From Candidatus Woesebacteria bacterium (GTDB lineage: Bacteria > Patescibacteriota > Microgenomatia > UBA8517), in contig CP065002.1 of assembly GCA_016700095.1 (NCBI GenBank), forward strand, positions 1,060,145 through 1,124,144: a stretch of DNA of 64,000 nucleotides, written 5' to 3'. Positions 38,574 through 48,292 of this stretch are shown here, piece after piece. Made by a program: the position numbers and the translations under genes. Below the pieces are notes generated by a model. It did not search any database and was not told where the DNA came from. It worked only from the letters and a program-made list of their open reading frames with translations. Positions within the stretch are counted from its first letter, which is position 1, and each line of letters starts with the position of its first letter.

Positions 38574-39856
38574 AGCTTTGCCTCCTGTCCAGTCAACTTC
38601 TCGAAGCGCTTGATAATAAGGTCACAAAAAATAGGCTCAATTTCGCAAAGATATGCTCTGCGTTTGAGTTGTTCACACGCAATGAGAGTAGATCCGGAGC
38701 CACCGAATACATCAAGCACGATGTCTCCAGCTTTCGTGCAACGACGTAATGCTTTTTCATGGAGTGTTGGTGGTTTTTCTGTCGGATGTTCGTATTCTTG
38801 TGCAGGAAGACGTTTTGCTAGCCATATATTAAAAAGGTCAAGGATATCATCTGTCAGTCGATTTCCTGTTCCTACCTCTTTATTGAGAACCTCATTCAGG
38901 TTTTTGACTGATTCGGAAAGATACGGATTACCTTGAATACCATAAACGCATGGTTCATACACTTTATTAAATGCAGTTTGTGGAGTGACGTTCTGGTTAT
39001 TCTTAATCCAAAGACAAACTCGTTTGTTTATAATCCCAAGTTCCTTGTATATTCCCTGGATTAGTCCAATGTAATTTTCATCACACCAATAAAACACGTG
39101 TGCATCAGGAAAAGCAGTTGATAGCCCATTTTCAAGCGTTTTCTTGAGAAACGCTTTATATTCTTCTTCAGATTTCTTGTCATTCGTTTTCCCGCCATAT
39201 TTTCCATTTGTTCCAATCCCGTTGCTGTAATCGAGCGAGATATTATATGGGGGATCGCAGTAGAGCATGGATATCTTGTCATCCTGTACTAGCTTTTTGA
39301 GTACTTCGGGATCTGTCGCGTCTCCACAAATAAGTCGGTGCGATCCAAGCTGGTATATATCTCCCCATTTGCTTTTTGGTTCTTTGATCTTTTCAATTTC
39401 TTTTTTAACATCAAAGTCGTCATTTTCGACTCCCAAGTTATCATCCCAAATGTGTGAAAGATCGCTATCATCAAATCCAACATCAAGTAACAGCTCGACA
39501 TTAAATGATTTCAGAAGTTCAAAATCCCATTCTCCAGTATTGCGGTTAAGACGTAGATTCAACTCCTTTTCCTTCTGAAGATTGGGGATATTAACATAAA
39601 CTACAGGTACTTTTTCTATACCTAGTCTTTTTCCTACTTCGAGTCTGAAATGTCCACCAATTACAATATTTTTTCGATTAGATGCACCATTCGCAATAAT
39701 GGGATCTATCAATCCGAAGCGCTTAATACTCTCCGTTAATTGCTTGGCAGCTTCCTCATCCCATTTTCTTGGATTGTATTCAGCGGGGCGAAGTTCTTGA
39801 GCTGAAACATAAACGATAGAATATGGGTTCTCTTGTTTAGTATGTGCGTTCAACAT
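38564..39856 (-). CDS. ParB-like nuclease N-domain fused to a DNA methyltransferase (DPPY class)
   Basis: N-terminal ParB/Srx-like region (ELRPAEYNPRKWDEEAAKQLTESIKRFGLIDPIIAN). Then MLYCDPPYNISLDY and VLDVFGGSGSTLIACE. Confidence 0.85.
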   Translation of the reverse strand: MLNAHTKQENPYSIVYVSAQELRPAEYNPRKWDEEAAKQLTESIKRFGLIDPIIANGASNRKNIVIGGHFRLEVGKRLGIEKVPVVYVNIPNLQKEKELNLRLNRNTGEWDFELLKSFNVELLLDVGFDDSDLSHIWDDNLGVENDDFDVKKEIEKIKEPKSKWGDIYQLGSHRLICGDATDPEVLKKLVQDDKISMLYCDPPYNISLDYSNGIGTNGKYGGKTNDKKSEEEYKAFLKKTLENGLSTAFPDAHVFYWCDENYIGLIQGIYKELGIINKRVCLWIKNNQNVTPQTAFNKVYEPCVYGIQGNPYLSESVKNLNEVLNKEVGTGNRLTDDILDLFNIWLAKRLPAQEYEHPTEKPPTLHEKALRRCTKAGDIVLDVFGGSGSTLIACEQLKRRAYLCEIEPIFCDLIIKRFEKLTGQEAKLCK

Positions 39857-39906
39857 ACTATCAATAATAGGATGAAAAAGGGCTTGTGTATAAACAACAA
39901 TTGTGA

Positions 39907-40650
39907 CTAATTGATGTTGAGGCGTTTCTTGTAGCGGTTGATAGCTATATTTATTTCGTTGTAATCAAGTGAGTCACCAAATTCTTGCTGTATGATATCC
40001 CCAATATCCTTTTCCGACTTTCCTTCTTGTTCAAGCTCATAAATTCTTTGATCTCGGTCAAAGTTCTTAATAGGCTGGAACTTATCAGCCTTCCTATACA
40101 TTAAATCTTTCTGCATTCGCTTCACCCACGGCCAAATATGCCTGATGTCATTGAGGGTCGTATCGCCATCAATTTCAAGCGAAAGTCTTTTCATACCGTT
40201 TTCCCATGTCGTAACCATAGTTACTCCTGCGGTCAAGTTCAGATTATCGGGATCATTAAATAAAAGGTAGCGACGAATACCAGTGTGCCAACGTGGAGAA
40301 AGGCGATATTTTCTGACGACACCCCATACATCCTCACGAAATGCATGCATTGGAGCTTTAGCGTTACACTCTTTTCTTTTATCCTCAGCTTCTAGGAACT
40401 TTTTCTCTTTATTTAAGCTATCAATCTCTGCTCGACACTTCGGCCATTCTGTTTTGTAATACTCGTCAGTTGCAATATCAAGCTTATGATTCCATTCTAA
40501 ATTGTCATCCTCATTCTTTATTCCTTCGGAAGGAATATTCCATTTTTTCCTGAGGTCAGCAATTTCTTTCTGAAATGCAGGTCTGCTGACAAGCACTTTT
40601 ATTTCCTGTTTCAGTCGCTTCGTTTTTTCAGCAAAATAGTCTTTTTTCAT
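39907..40650 (-). CDS. Hypothetical protein (247 aa), divergent from the helicase gene
   Basis: ORF only. Charged and coiled-coil-like. Confidence 0.4.
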   Translation of the reverse strand: MKKDYFAEKTKRLKQEIKVLVSRPAFQKEIADLRKKWNIPSEGIKNEDDNLEWNHKLDIATDEYYKTEWPKCRAEIDSLNKEKKFLEAEDKRKECNAKAPMHAFREDVWGVVRKYRLSPRWHTGIRRYLLFNDPDNLNLTAGVTMVTTWENGMKRLSLEIDGDTTLNDIRHIWPWVKRMQKDLMYRKADKFQPIKNFDRDQRIYELEQEGKSEKDIGDIIQQEFGDSLDYNEINIAINRYKKRLNIN

Positions 40651-40723
40651 AGCCCATAATTCTAGCTTTATACATTCGTATTGTATATAATTCAGCTAAT
40701 AAAAGGAACAGCTTCAAATCACC

Positions 40724-43700
40724 GTGAATAATGATCAATTTATAATCAACACAAAAGTATTAGGTAATCCTATTAGGCAGGTTAATAAATCTGCTACATT
40801 TTCCGGCGATAAACCTAGAGCGTTAACACTTAGTAATAGAAGAATTGCTACATTCCCCAGATCTTGCGAAAAAGTAATTAAATCCTGGGATAAGCAATTC
40901 TCTTTCGTCGAAGAAAAACGAGAAAATGATCAAATTCTTGAAGAAGGATTGCGTCCGCCCCAAATCGGTGCACTCCATGCCGCACTCGCTCATTGGAAAG
41001 TAACAAACGCATCAGCCACCATTGTTATGCCTACTGGTACAGGAAAAACGGAAACAATGCTTGCACTTATGGTTTGCGAGCGAATAGATAAAATCCTAGT
41101 AGTTGTACCAACAGATGCGCTAAGAGATCAGATCACGAATAAGTTCCTAGGTCTCGGATTATTAAGAAAAATTGGAGCTGTTGGAAGGAAAGCAGAAAAT
41201 CCTATCGTGGGGACCCTCGAGCATCGACTCAAAACAGTAGATGAGGTAAATAAATTTTTTGGGTCATGCAATGTGGTGATAACGACAATGGCAATAGTAG
41301 GTGGATGCTCAGAAGAAATTCAAAAGGCAATGGCTGGAACAGCTACGTACCTTTTTATAGATGAGGCACATCATATTTCAGCACCAACTTGGCAAAAATT
41401 CAGAAAATTCTTCAAAGAAAAAACCATATTACAATTTACCGCCACACCTTTTAGAGGAGATGGAAGACATATTGATGGAAAGGTAATTTTTAATTATCCA
41501 TTACGAAAAGCGCAAAGCGAAGGGTATTTCAAGCAAATCAGTTTTATTGGTGTAAGAGATTATAATAAACAACGTGCCGATGAGACTATTGCCAAAAGAG
41601 CAATCAAAAAGCTGGAAGAAGACCTTGCACAAAATCTAGACCATATTATCTTGGCGCGAGCAGATAGTATAACTCGTGCGCGAGATATATTTGCTATTTA
41701 CCAACAACACGGCGCAAATCATAATCCTCAACTTTTTCATAGTAAGAAAAAAGTGGCTGAAAAACGCCAATCTCTTAATGAAATAAATGAAAGAAAATCA
41801 AGAATTATTGTATGTGTTGACATGTTTGGAGAAGGTTTTGACTTACCTGAATTAAAAATTGCAGCACTCCATGATGTGCATAAAGGTCTTGCCATTACAT
41901 TGCAGTTTACAGGAAGATTTACAAGAACAAAACCAAATATTGGTTCCGCAACGATTGTTGCAAATATCGCCAACCCTGGTGTTGAAGAAGCGTTAAAAGA
42001 CTTATATGCAGAAGATGCTGATTGGGATAAATTACTACGGAACTTAAGTGAAGGAGCGACTACCAAACAGGAAAAGCTATCTCAGTTTTTTGAAGGATTT
42101 GTGGATTTGCCTCCAGAATTCTTACCTCAAAATATTTTGCCTAAAATGAGCACTGTTGTTTATAAAACAAATAATACGCGGTGGACTCCCGAAAACATAC
42201 CAAAAGTAGTAAAAGAATCTAGGCTTTTTATTGACCCTACTGTAAATCAAGGAGAAAAAGTCGTGTTCTTTGTTACCTGCGAGAAAGAACCAATTTCTTG
42301 GGGCAATTTTAAGGATATCCATAATACGATTTGGGATCTGTATTTGATTCATTGGGATGAAGCTCAAAAATTATTATTTATCAATAGCTCAAACAACAGG
42401 TCCTTCCATGGGGAATTAGCAAAAGCTATTTGTGGCGATGATGTTGAAATAGTTCGTGGAGAACAAGTGTTTCGTACTCTCTCTGGGATCAATAGATTAA
42501 GCCTTATGAATCTTGGCTTAACACATTCCTTAAATCGAGCAATGCGATTCACAATGTATGTTGGATCAGACATACTATCAGCAATCTCGGACGCTCAGCA
42601 ACAAAATAGGATTAAATCCAATCTTTTTGGAAGAGGTTTTGAGAATGGTAGTAAAACAAGCATCGGGTCATCTTACAAAGGGAGGATTTGGTCTTATAAA
42701 ATAGCAGATGATATCTCGGAATGGATTGAATGGTGCCGAAAAACAGGCACAAAATTACTTGATGATACTTTTTCTGCAACAGATATTCTTAAATATGTAT
42801 TGCGCCCAACTTTAATAACACAACGGCCAAACCTCGTACCGCTAACAATAGAGTGGCCAGAAGACTTACTCTTGAAAAGCGAGGAAACTGTTGAACTAAA
42901 TATCGCGGGAGAGACGATTCCATTGTATGAAGCAGGTATTGAGTTAACGGACTTTAATAAAACAGGCCCAATAAAGTTCCAGGTTTTTAGTGAAAACAAA
43001 AGTGTTGAATATAAAATTGCATTTAATAATAACAATGTTGAGTATTTACCGACTGGGCAAGACACTGCACAAATTATAATTGCGAGAAAACCACAATCCC
43101 TTCCTGATTGGTTAAAAGAGAATTCTCCTATTGTTCGTTTTGAAAACGATTCATACCTACAATACAACGTTCTTTTTGAAAATCCTGCTGATCCGCCTGC
43201 ACCTTTTGATAAGGATAAGATTCAAATATGGGACTGGAATGGTATTGATTTGAGTAAAGAATCGCAGACAGTAAATAAAGATACTGACTCAATACAATAT
43301 CGAGTCATACAAGAGGCACTAAAGGATACCCACGATTCACAATATGATGTCGTTTTTGACGATGACGATTCCTATGAAGCTGCGGATGTAATAGGAATTA
43401 AAATGACAGAGGAGAAATTAATAGTTGATTTATACCATTGTAAGTTCTCCCAATCTGCCACTCCCGGAGCAAGAGTCGAAGATCTATATGCAGTTTGCGG
43501 TCAAGCACAAAAAAGTGTTCATTGGAGAGATGATATACAAAAACTTATCGATCACTTAACTTTACGTGAGGTGAGTCGACAAAAGAAAGGATTGGTTTCA
43601 AGATTTGAAAAAGGTGATTTAGAAAAACTCGAAGAAATAAGAAATAAAGTACCTTATCTTATTCCTGAATTTACAATCACAGTTGTTCAGCCAGGTTTAT

Positions 43701-43804
43701 CTAAAAACCAAGCAAGTAATAGTCAACTAGAACTACTCGCCGTTACAGAAAATTATCTTAAAGAAACACACGCAATAAACTTAGAAGTGATAGCCAGTCA
43801 ATAA
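40724..43804 (+). CDS. 1026-aa DEAH-box SF2 helicase with a large C-terminal extension containing a PD-(D/E)xK-like motif (Type III Res-like architecture)
   Basis: Q-like LRPPQIGALHA; motif I MPTGTGKT; motif II FIDEAHHI; motif III FTATPFR; motif V VCVDMFGEGFDLP; motif VI QFTGRFTR. The C-terminal region includes DVVFDDDDSYEAADVIGIKMTEEKLIVDLYHCKFS. Confidence 0.8.
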   Translation: MNNDQFIINTKVLGNPIRQVNKSATFSGDKPRALTLSNRRIATFPRSCEKVIKSWDKQFSFVEEKRENDQILEEGLRPPQIGALHAALAHWKVTNASATIVMPTGTGKTETMLALMVCERIDKILVVVPTDALRDQITNKFLGLGLLRKIGAVGRKAENPIVGTLEHRLKTVDEVNKFFGSCNVVITTMAIVGGCSEEIQKAMAGTATYLFIDEAHHISAPTWQKFRKFFKEKTILQFTATPFRGDGRHIDGKVIFNYPLRKAQSEGYFKQISFIGVRDYNKQRADETIAKRAIKKLEEDLAQNLDHIILARADSITRARDIFAIYQQHGANHNPQLFHSKKKVAEKRQSLNEINERKSRIIVCVDMFGEGFDLPELKIAALHDVHKGLAITLQFTGRFTRTKPNIGSATIVANIANPGVEEALKDLYAEDADWDKLLRNLSEGATTKQEKLSQFFEGFVDLPPEFLPQNILPKMSTVVYKTNNTRWTPENIPKVVKESRLFIDPTVNQGEKVVFFVTCEKEPISWGNFKDIHNTIWDLYLIHWDEAQKLLFINSSNNRSFHGELAKAICGDDVEIVRGEQVFRTLSGINRLSLMNLGLTHSLNRAMRFTMYVGSDILSAISDAQQQNRIKSNLFGRGFENGSKTSIGSSYKGRIWSYKIADDISEWIEWCRKTGTKLLDDTFSATDILKYVLRPTLITQRPNLVPLTIEWPEDLLLKSEETVELNIAGETIPLYEAGIELTDFNKTGPIKFQVFSENKSVEYKIAFNNNNVEYLPTGQDTAQIIIARKPQSLPDWLKENSPIVRFENDSYLQYNVLFENPADPPAPFDKDKIQIWDWNGIDLSKESQTVNKDTDSIQYRVIQEALKDTHDSQYDVVFDDDDSYEAADVIGIKMTEEKLIVDLYHCKFSQSATPGARVEDLYAVCGQAQKSVHWRDDIQKLIDHLTLREVSRQKKGLVSRFEKGDLEKLEEIRNKVPYLIPEFTITVVQPGLSKNQASNSQLELLAVTENYLKETHAINLEVIASQ

Positions 43805-43807
43805 ACT

Positions 43808-44401
43808 TCAGCTGATAAGTCTCAAAACAAACGGGACAATTCTTGTTGTCGGCAGTTTATATCGATACGCAATTTTGTAATACCACTTGAAACATATCTT
43901 CTTCATTTCTTCACATTGCTGATCAAAGACAAAGTCATCCTCTACGTCATTAAGAAGACTTCCTGCTGCTCGTTCTATTGCAATACTGAGTAGCGCATAT
44001 TCATTTTCATAATCAGGGTCGAAAAAGTCTCGTGATCTGTGCCTTTTTGATTCGGCAAGAGCAATCAGTTCGTCCTCGATGGCAAGATATAACCTAATTC
44101 CATCACTGCTTCTTACCTGCTTACTCAGTAGCGGCTTTTTATTCAATAGTATTGCTCTCCATAGAACTTCGTAGTCAAAATGTAGCGAATAAGAAAGCCT
44201 AGAAATTTCTGGAATAATTCTCTTATTGATATATCTCTTTCGTAATTCTCGTGGCGTTAGGTTATCATTAATTTTATATTTCGTTTTTACATGGCAAGTA
44301 ATAGCATAACAGGCATATGAATGAGTAAATAACATAAGCCTTGCCCTATTAAATGTTGTATATTTTCTTGCCCTTGCCATAATTAAAGGGCAGAAACACA
44401 A
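43808..44401 (-). CDS. Hypothetical protein (197 aa), convergent with the helicase gene and 4 bp from its stop
   Basis: ORF only. Confidence 0.4.
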   Translation of the reverse strand: MCFCPLIMARARKYTTFNRARLMLFTHSYACYAITCHVKTKYKINDNLTPRELRKRYINKRIIPEISRLSYSLHFDYEVLWRAILLNKKPLLSKQVRSSDGIRLYLAIEDELIALAESKRHRSRDFFDPDYENEYALLSIAIERAAGSLLNDVEDDFVFDQQCEEMKKICFKWYYKIAYRYKLPTTRIVPFVLRLIS

Positions 44402-44708
44402 CTATATCAAAATATATCATTTATCTGTTGTGTTGTTATGGGATATTATAGAAAATAAGACACCCTTTTTTATAGTGTCTCGTTTGTCTCATTTAGCCTT
44501 GATGTGAGACAATCGTTATAAGGATAAGAAGGTTCTAGACCGAGCCTCTCAGCAAACTCGGAAAAACAAAGATAGAAGTAGTATTTTGGGCCGCTACTTC
44601 GGGCTTTTCTGAGAGTTCGAATAAAACACTTTATTTATAATCCTTTGTTTTTTTCATATCCTGAAGTACCAAGAATGGATTTAGGCCTTCAATTCGGAGT
44701 TTTCTGCC

Positions 44709-44984
44709 TTATAATTTTAAGTTCGAACCTAAAGCACTTAAAATTGTCCTTTTTGTATCTGTATCTCCTTTTGCAAACCAATAACGAGCGTGGGTGGTAA
44801 AATTATAGATTTTTTCAAGATCCGCCTGATATGAGTTTCTCTCTGCTCGCCACCGTTTTGTATGCCTACCAGAATTTCCATTAGGAGCAATACCATTCTT
44901 AGATAAGAACTTGCGTACAGATTCTATTTCACCGTAAATATACTTATTTTTAAGGCTAATCCAGTCAATTTTTAATTGTTTCAC
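44709..44984 (-). CDS. Hypothetical small basic protein (91 aa)
   Basis: ORF only. Confidence 0.35.
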   Translation of the reverse strand: MKQLKIDWISLKNKYIYGEIESVRKFLSKNGIAPNGNSGRHTKRWRAERNSYQADLEKIYNFTTHARYWFAKGDTDTKRTILSALGSNLKL

Positions 44985-45050
44985 ACCCAGGTTGTACCTT
45001 AATCATTACATTTTCTTTCTCTAGGAAAAACAGGAGCTTTGAGTGTAGAT

Positions 45051-45449
45051 TTAAGGATTAATGTGTACCAATGCAAGCCATACCACGGTTAAATCGACGA
45101 CTAAACCAGCCAGTGCATAAGAAACTGTGAGAAGTAACCATAATCCAAATACACGCCAAATATATCTTTTAATTTTCTTTTTATCTCGTCTTTTATGGGC
45201 AAGATAAGAAACTAATAATAGATATCCTAAAAGAGGGATGTAAACAATATTTCTTATCCCGCGATATAGATTAATGTAGTGCTCAGAACCAAATTGGTAA
45301 CCAGAGAAACCTCCTTCTTTTGTAGGAACATTTTCAGGAGCAAATAGCCCATCATTTATAGAAAGATATACAAAATATACAGTAATCAATAAAGCTGACA
45401 CCAAGATAATTTTCCTCAATAGGTATTCTGTTTTTTCAAGATTATCCAT
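45051..45449 (-). CDS. Small membrane protein (hypothetical)
   Basis: Three or four hydrophobic helices. Confidence 0.4.
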   Translation of the reverse strand: MDNLEKTEYLLRKIILVSALLITVYFVYLSINDGLFAPENVPTKEGGFSGYQFGSEHYINLYRGIRNIVYIPLLGYLLLVSYLAHKRRDKKKIKRYIWRVFGLWLLLTVSYALAGLVVDLTVVWLALVHINP

Positions 45450-46355
45450 TTGTTTAAATCTGACCTTCTTGAATACTCATACTATTACTATGCTACACTA
45501 ATTGTATTACCGAAACAAAGATTGATTAAACCTATGAAAGAAAGGTTGCAAAATAAATTATCCGCAGAGCTCCAATTAATAAAATCTCAAAAACATTTAA
45601 GAATATATCTAGGTTTAGGATTCTTTTTCACACTTATTGGTACGCTAATAAGGGCAACATTTACTAATAATGAGTTGTTAACCAACTTAGGAATACTTCT
45701 TGGAGCTGTTGGTAGTGTTATGTTTGTTTGGGGAACTATCAAATACGCACATATTAAGGGAAGAAATATCTTCTCGTTTTTGGTCGTATTGTTTATGCCA
45801 TTTACTTATCTATGGTTCCTTGTGCTTTTTGTATTAAAACCAAAGATTGCCACTGAAAAAATACCCTGTATTCCGATGATGGCTAAAGAATATGTATTAA
45901 CTTTGGTGTCAACCCTTTGCTTGTTCACATACTCACTGATTAGGTTGAATGTTCACTTTACTTATCTTGGATTGGATAATTACAGTAATTTAATCCCAAT
46001 GTGGTTGGTAGTTATCGTTTTACCAACAGTACTTATACTTCCCGTTTGGGCTTTAATAAAAAACAAAAGGAAAATGCTGACGGCAACTGGCTGGTTAATG
46101 TTACTTTTATTTTTTCTGTGGCTTTTTATTGTACCAAAAGATAGTGCCGAAGAGATTTACAAAGTTATGAGAAATCAAGTATATGTGTATTTACTTTTTT
46201 ATGCAATATTACACTTGCTAATTCACGGAATTTATTGGATTAAATCTAAAAAGAGAAGTTGGGTAACTCCTGAAGGTTTATTTCACTGGTATTGGGCACT
46301 GATATTCACCACCTTCTATTACTCAGTTTATGACTTTGTGTTGAAGCTAATTTAG
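45450..46355 (+). CDS. Polytopic membrane protein (hypothetical)
   Basis: Eight or more hydrophobic helices. Confidence 0.5.
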   Translation: MFKSDLLEYSYYYYATLIVLPKQRLIKPMKERLQNKLSAELQLIKSQKHLRIYLGLGFFFTLIGTLIRATFTNNELLTNLGILLGAVGSVMFVWGTIKYAHIKGRNIFSFLVVLFMPFTYLWFLVLFVLKPKIATEKIPCIPMMAKEYVLTLVSTLCLFTYSLIRLNVHFTYLGLDNYSNLIPMWLVVIVLPTVLILPVWALIKNKRKMLTATGWLMLLLFFLWLFIVPKDSAEEIYKVMRNQVYVYLLFYAILHLLIHGIYWIKSKKRSWVTPEGLFHWYWALIFTTFYYSVYDFVLKLI

Positions 46356-46728
46356 TACGCTGGAGTAACAGTAGGGATGAAAACTGGTTTACTAACTATA
46401 GCAAAATATGTTCGAATAGCGTCTATGCTCGCCAGCACTTCGGCAGGCTCAGTGCATGCCCAGATTCGTTCATATGACATGGTATGTATCAAGGTGAAGA
46501 TTAAAGAACCACCTAATGGGACAAAAGAAAACCAATATGACATATAACTATATCAAATTACGTCATTATTAACTCTTTTTATACTGTCCCATTTGTTCCA
46601 TTTAGCTTCAAGATGGTACACTTATAGCGACAGTAATGGTTTAGACCCGTATGTTCAGCAAAATCCAAAAATTGTAGTAAAAAGCCTGCCTCATGTCTAG
46701 TTTTTTAAACCGTTTGATATAATTAGAT

Positions 46729-47811
46729 ATGGATTATGCAAAAATATCGATTAACGAACTTGGATTTGATAAATTTTTTGAATCTAATCTTAAAGAATTG
46801 GAAGTTGAAAAATACACAATCGCACGCGTTATTGCGGAATATAAAGAAGCATATAGGGTAATAAGCAATAATGGTGAATTTTTAGCAAAAATTACAGGTA
46901 AACAAATATTTAATGCTACAAAAAGAGAAGATTATCCCGCAGTTGGAGATTGGATTTTAATAACTGAGCTTAATGATAACAAGGCAATAATCCATCAAAT
47001 ACTACCTAGAAAAACTTTATTAGAGAAAAAATATAGCAATAAACAAGAAAATCAATTAATCGCTACAAATATCGATACTGCCTTTATTATTGAATCTGTT
47101 GACAGAGACTTTAATCTTAATCGATTTGAAAGATATTTGATTATTTCGCGGAAAGCAAATATTATTCCGGTCTTTATACTTAATAAGATTGATTTAATTT
47201 CTAAAACAGAGATTAATAACCTATTTTCTCAAGTAAAAAGTAGATTTAATAAAGTAGAAGTTATTTTAACAAGCACAAAAACAGAAGCGGGAATTAATAA
47301 TTTAATAAAATATATAAAGAAAGGGCAAACTTATTGTTTCTTGGGTTCATCTGGAGTTGGTAAATCTTCACTGGTAAATGCATTGCTTGGGAAAAACATA
47401 ATTAAAACACAGGAAATTAATACAACAAACGAGCGTGGGAGACATACAACCTCTGTTAGAGAGTTATATCTTTTAAAAAATGGCGGAATAGTAATAGATA
47501 ATCCTGGAACCAGAGAAGTTGGAATATCAGATTCATATAGCGGAATAGAAAATGTTTACAATGAAATAACCGACTTATCTAGAAATTGTAAATTTTCTAA
47601 TTGTACACATACAAACGAACCAGAATGTGCAATATTGGCTGCAATAGCGAATAATTTGCTTGATATAAATAAATTTGATAATTATCTTAAACTTAAGAAA
47701 GAGTCAGAATATTTTGAAATGAATAAGCGAGAAAAAAGACTGAAAGATCGTAAATTTGGGATATATGTAAAAAAATATTTTGATAACTTAAACAAAGAAC
47801 CACATATTTAG
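46729..47811 (+). CDS. rsgA: Ribosome small-subunit-dependent GTPase A
   Basis: OB-like N-domain. Circularly permuted GTPase motifs (G4 LNKID, then G1 GSSGVGKSS). C-terminal zinc finger CKFSNCTHTNEPEC. Confidence 0.85.
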   Translation: MDYAKISINELGFDKFFESNLKELEVEKYTIARVIAEYKEAYRVISNNGEFLAKITGKQIFNATKREDYPAVGDWILITELNDNKAIIHQILPRKTLLEKKYSNKQENQLIATNIDTAFIIESVDRDFNLNRFERYLIISRKANIIPVFILNKIDLISKTEINNLFSQVKSRFNKVEVILTSTKTEAGINNLIKYIKKGQTYCFLGSSGVGKSSLVNALLGKNIIKTQEINTTNERGRHTTSVRELYLLKNGGIVIDNPGTREVGISDSYSGIENVYNEITDLSRNCKFSNCTHTNEPECAILAAIANNLLDINKFDNYLKLKKESEYFEMNKREKRLKDRKFGIYVKKYFDNLNKEPHI

Positions 47812-47850
47812 CTTTAACGATAAAATGAGTTCAGACCAAAATTCTCAGCA

Positions 47851-48063
47851 ATGAAATTTCTTGAAAATGTTTTAATAAAAATCTTAAGTGTTATTTTCTC
47901 TCCGTTGATTGATAAAGATGGCTTCCTGAAGTTACCAAAGAACAAAAAGGGGAGGATTAGAATTCTTTATCTTTTGATGTTATCTGTCATGGTTGTTTCC
48001 GTAATTTACTTCCTTACTCAAGATGCTATTTTTAGACTGCCGCTTCTGATCATGGAAGAGTAA
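47851..48063 (+). CDS. Small membrane protein (hypothetical)
   Basis: 70-aa ORF with one hydrophobic helix. Confidence 0.3.
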   Translation: MKFLENVLIKILSVIFSPLIDKDGFLKLPKNKKGRIRILYLLMLSVMVVSVIYFLTQDAIFRLPLLIMEE

Positions 48064-48292
48064 AGAAAATAGATCCGAATAACATCCACAGTTCGCCAGC
48101 AACATAATGTAACAAGCGCCTTGTCAAAACTTTAAATTAGACTCATGAGTGCAATTGTTTCGAATTAATAGATTTAACGAGAGTTGGATCCGAATTAAAC
48201 AAGCTCGCAATCATTAACACAGCGTTTTGAACAAACACTCCTTATCTAAATTCCTGGAATAACGACCGCACGTGTGTTAGTATTTCGTATAA

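Noticed and set aside
44560-44640. tRNA-like T-arm (gagagttcgaataaaac) in the intergenic region that may be the island's right end
   Set aside because: No complementary T-stem or acceptor stem follows. I could not build a cloverleaf, and no repeat of the tRNA-Gln end was found there.
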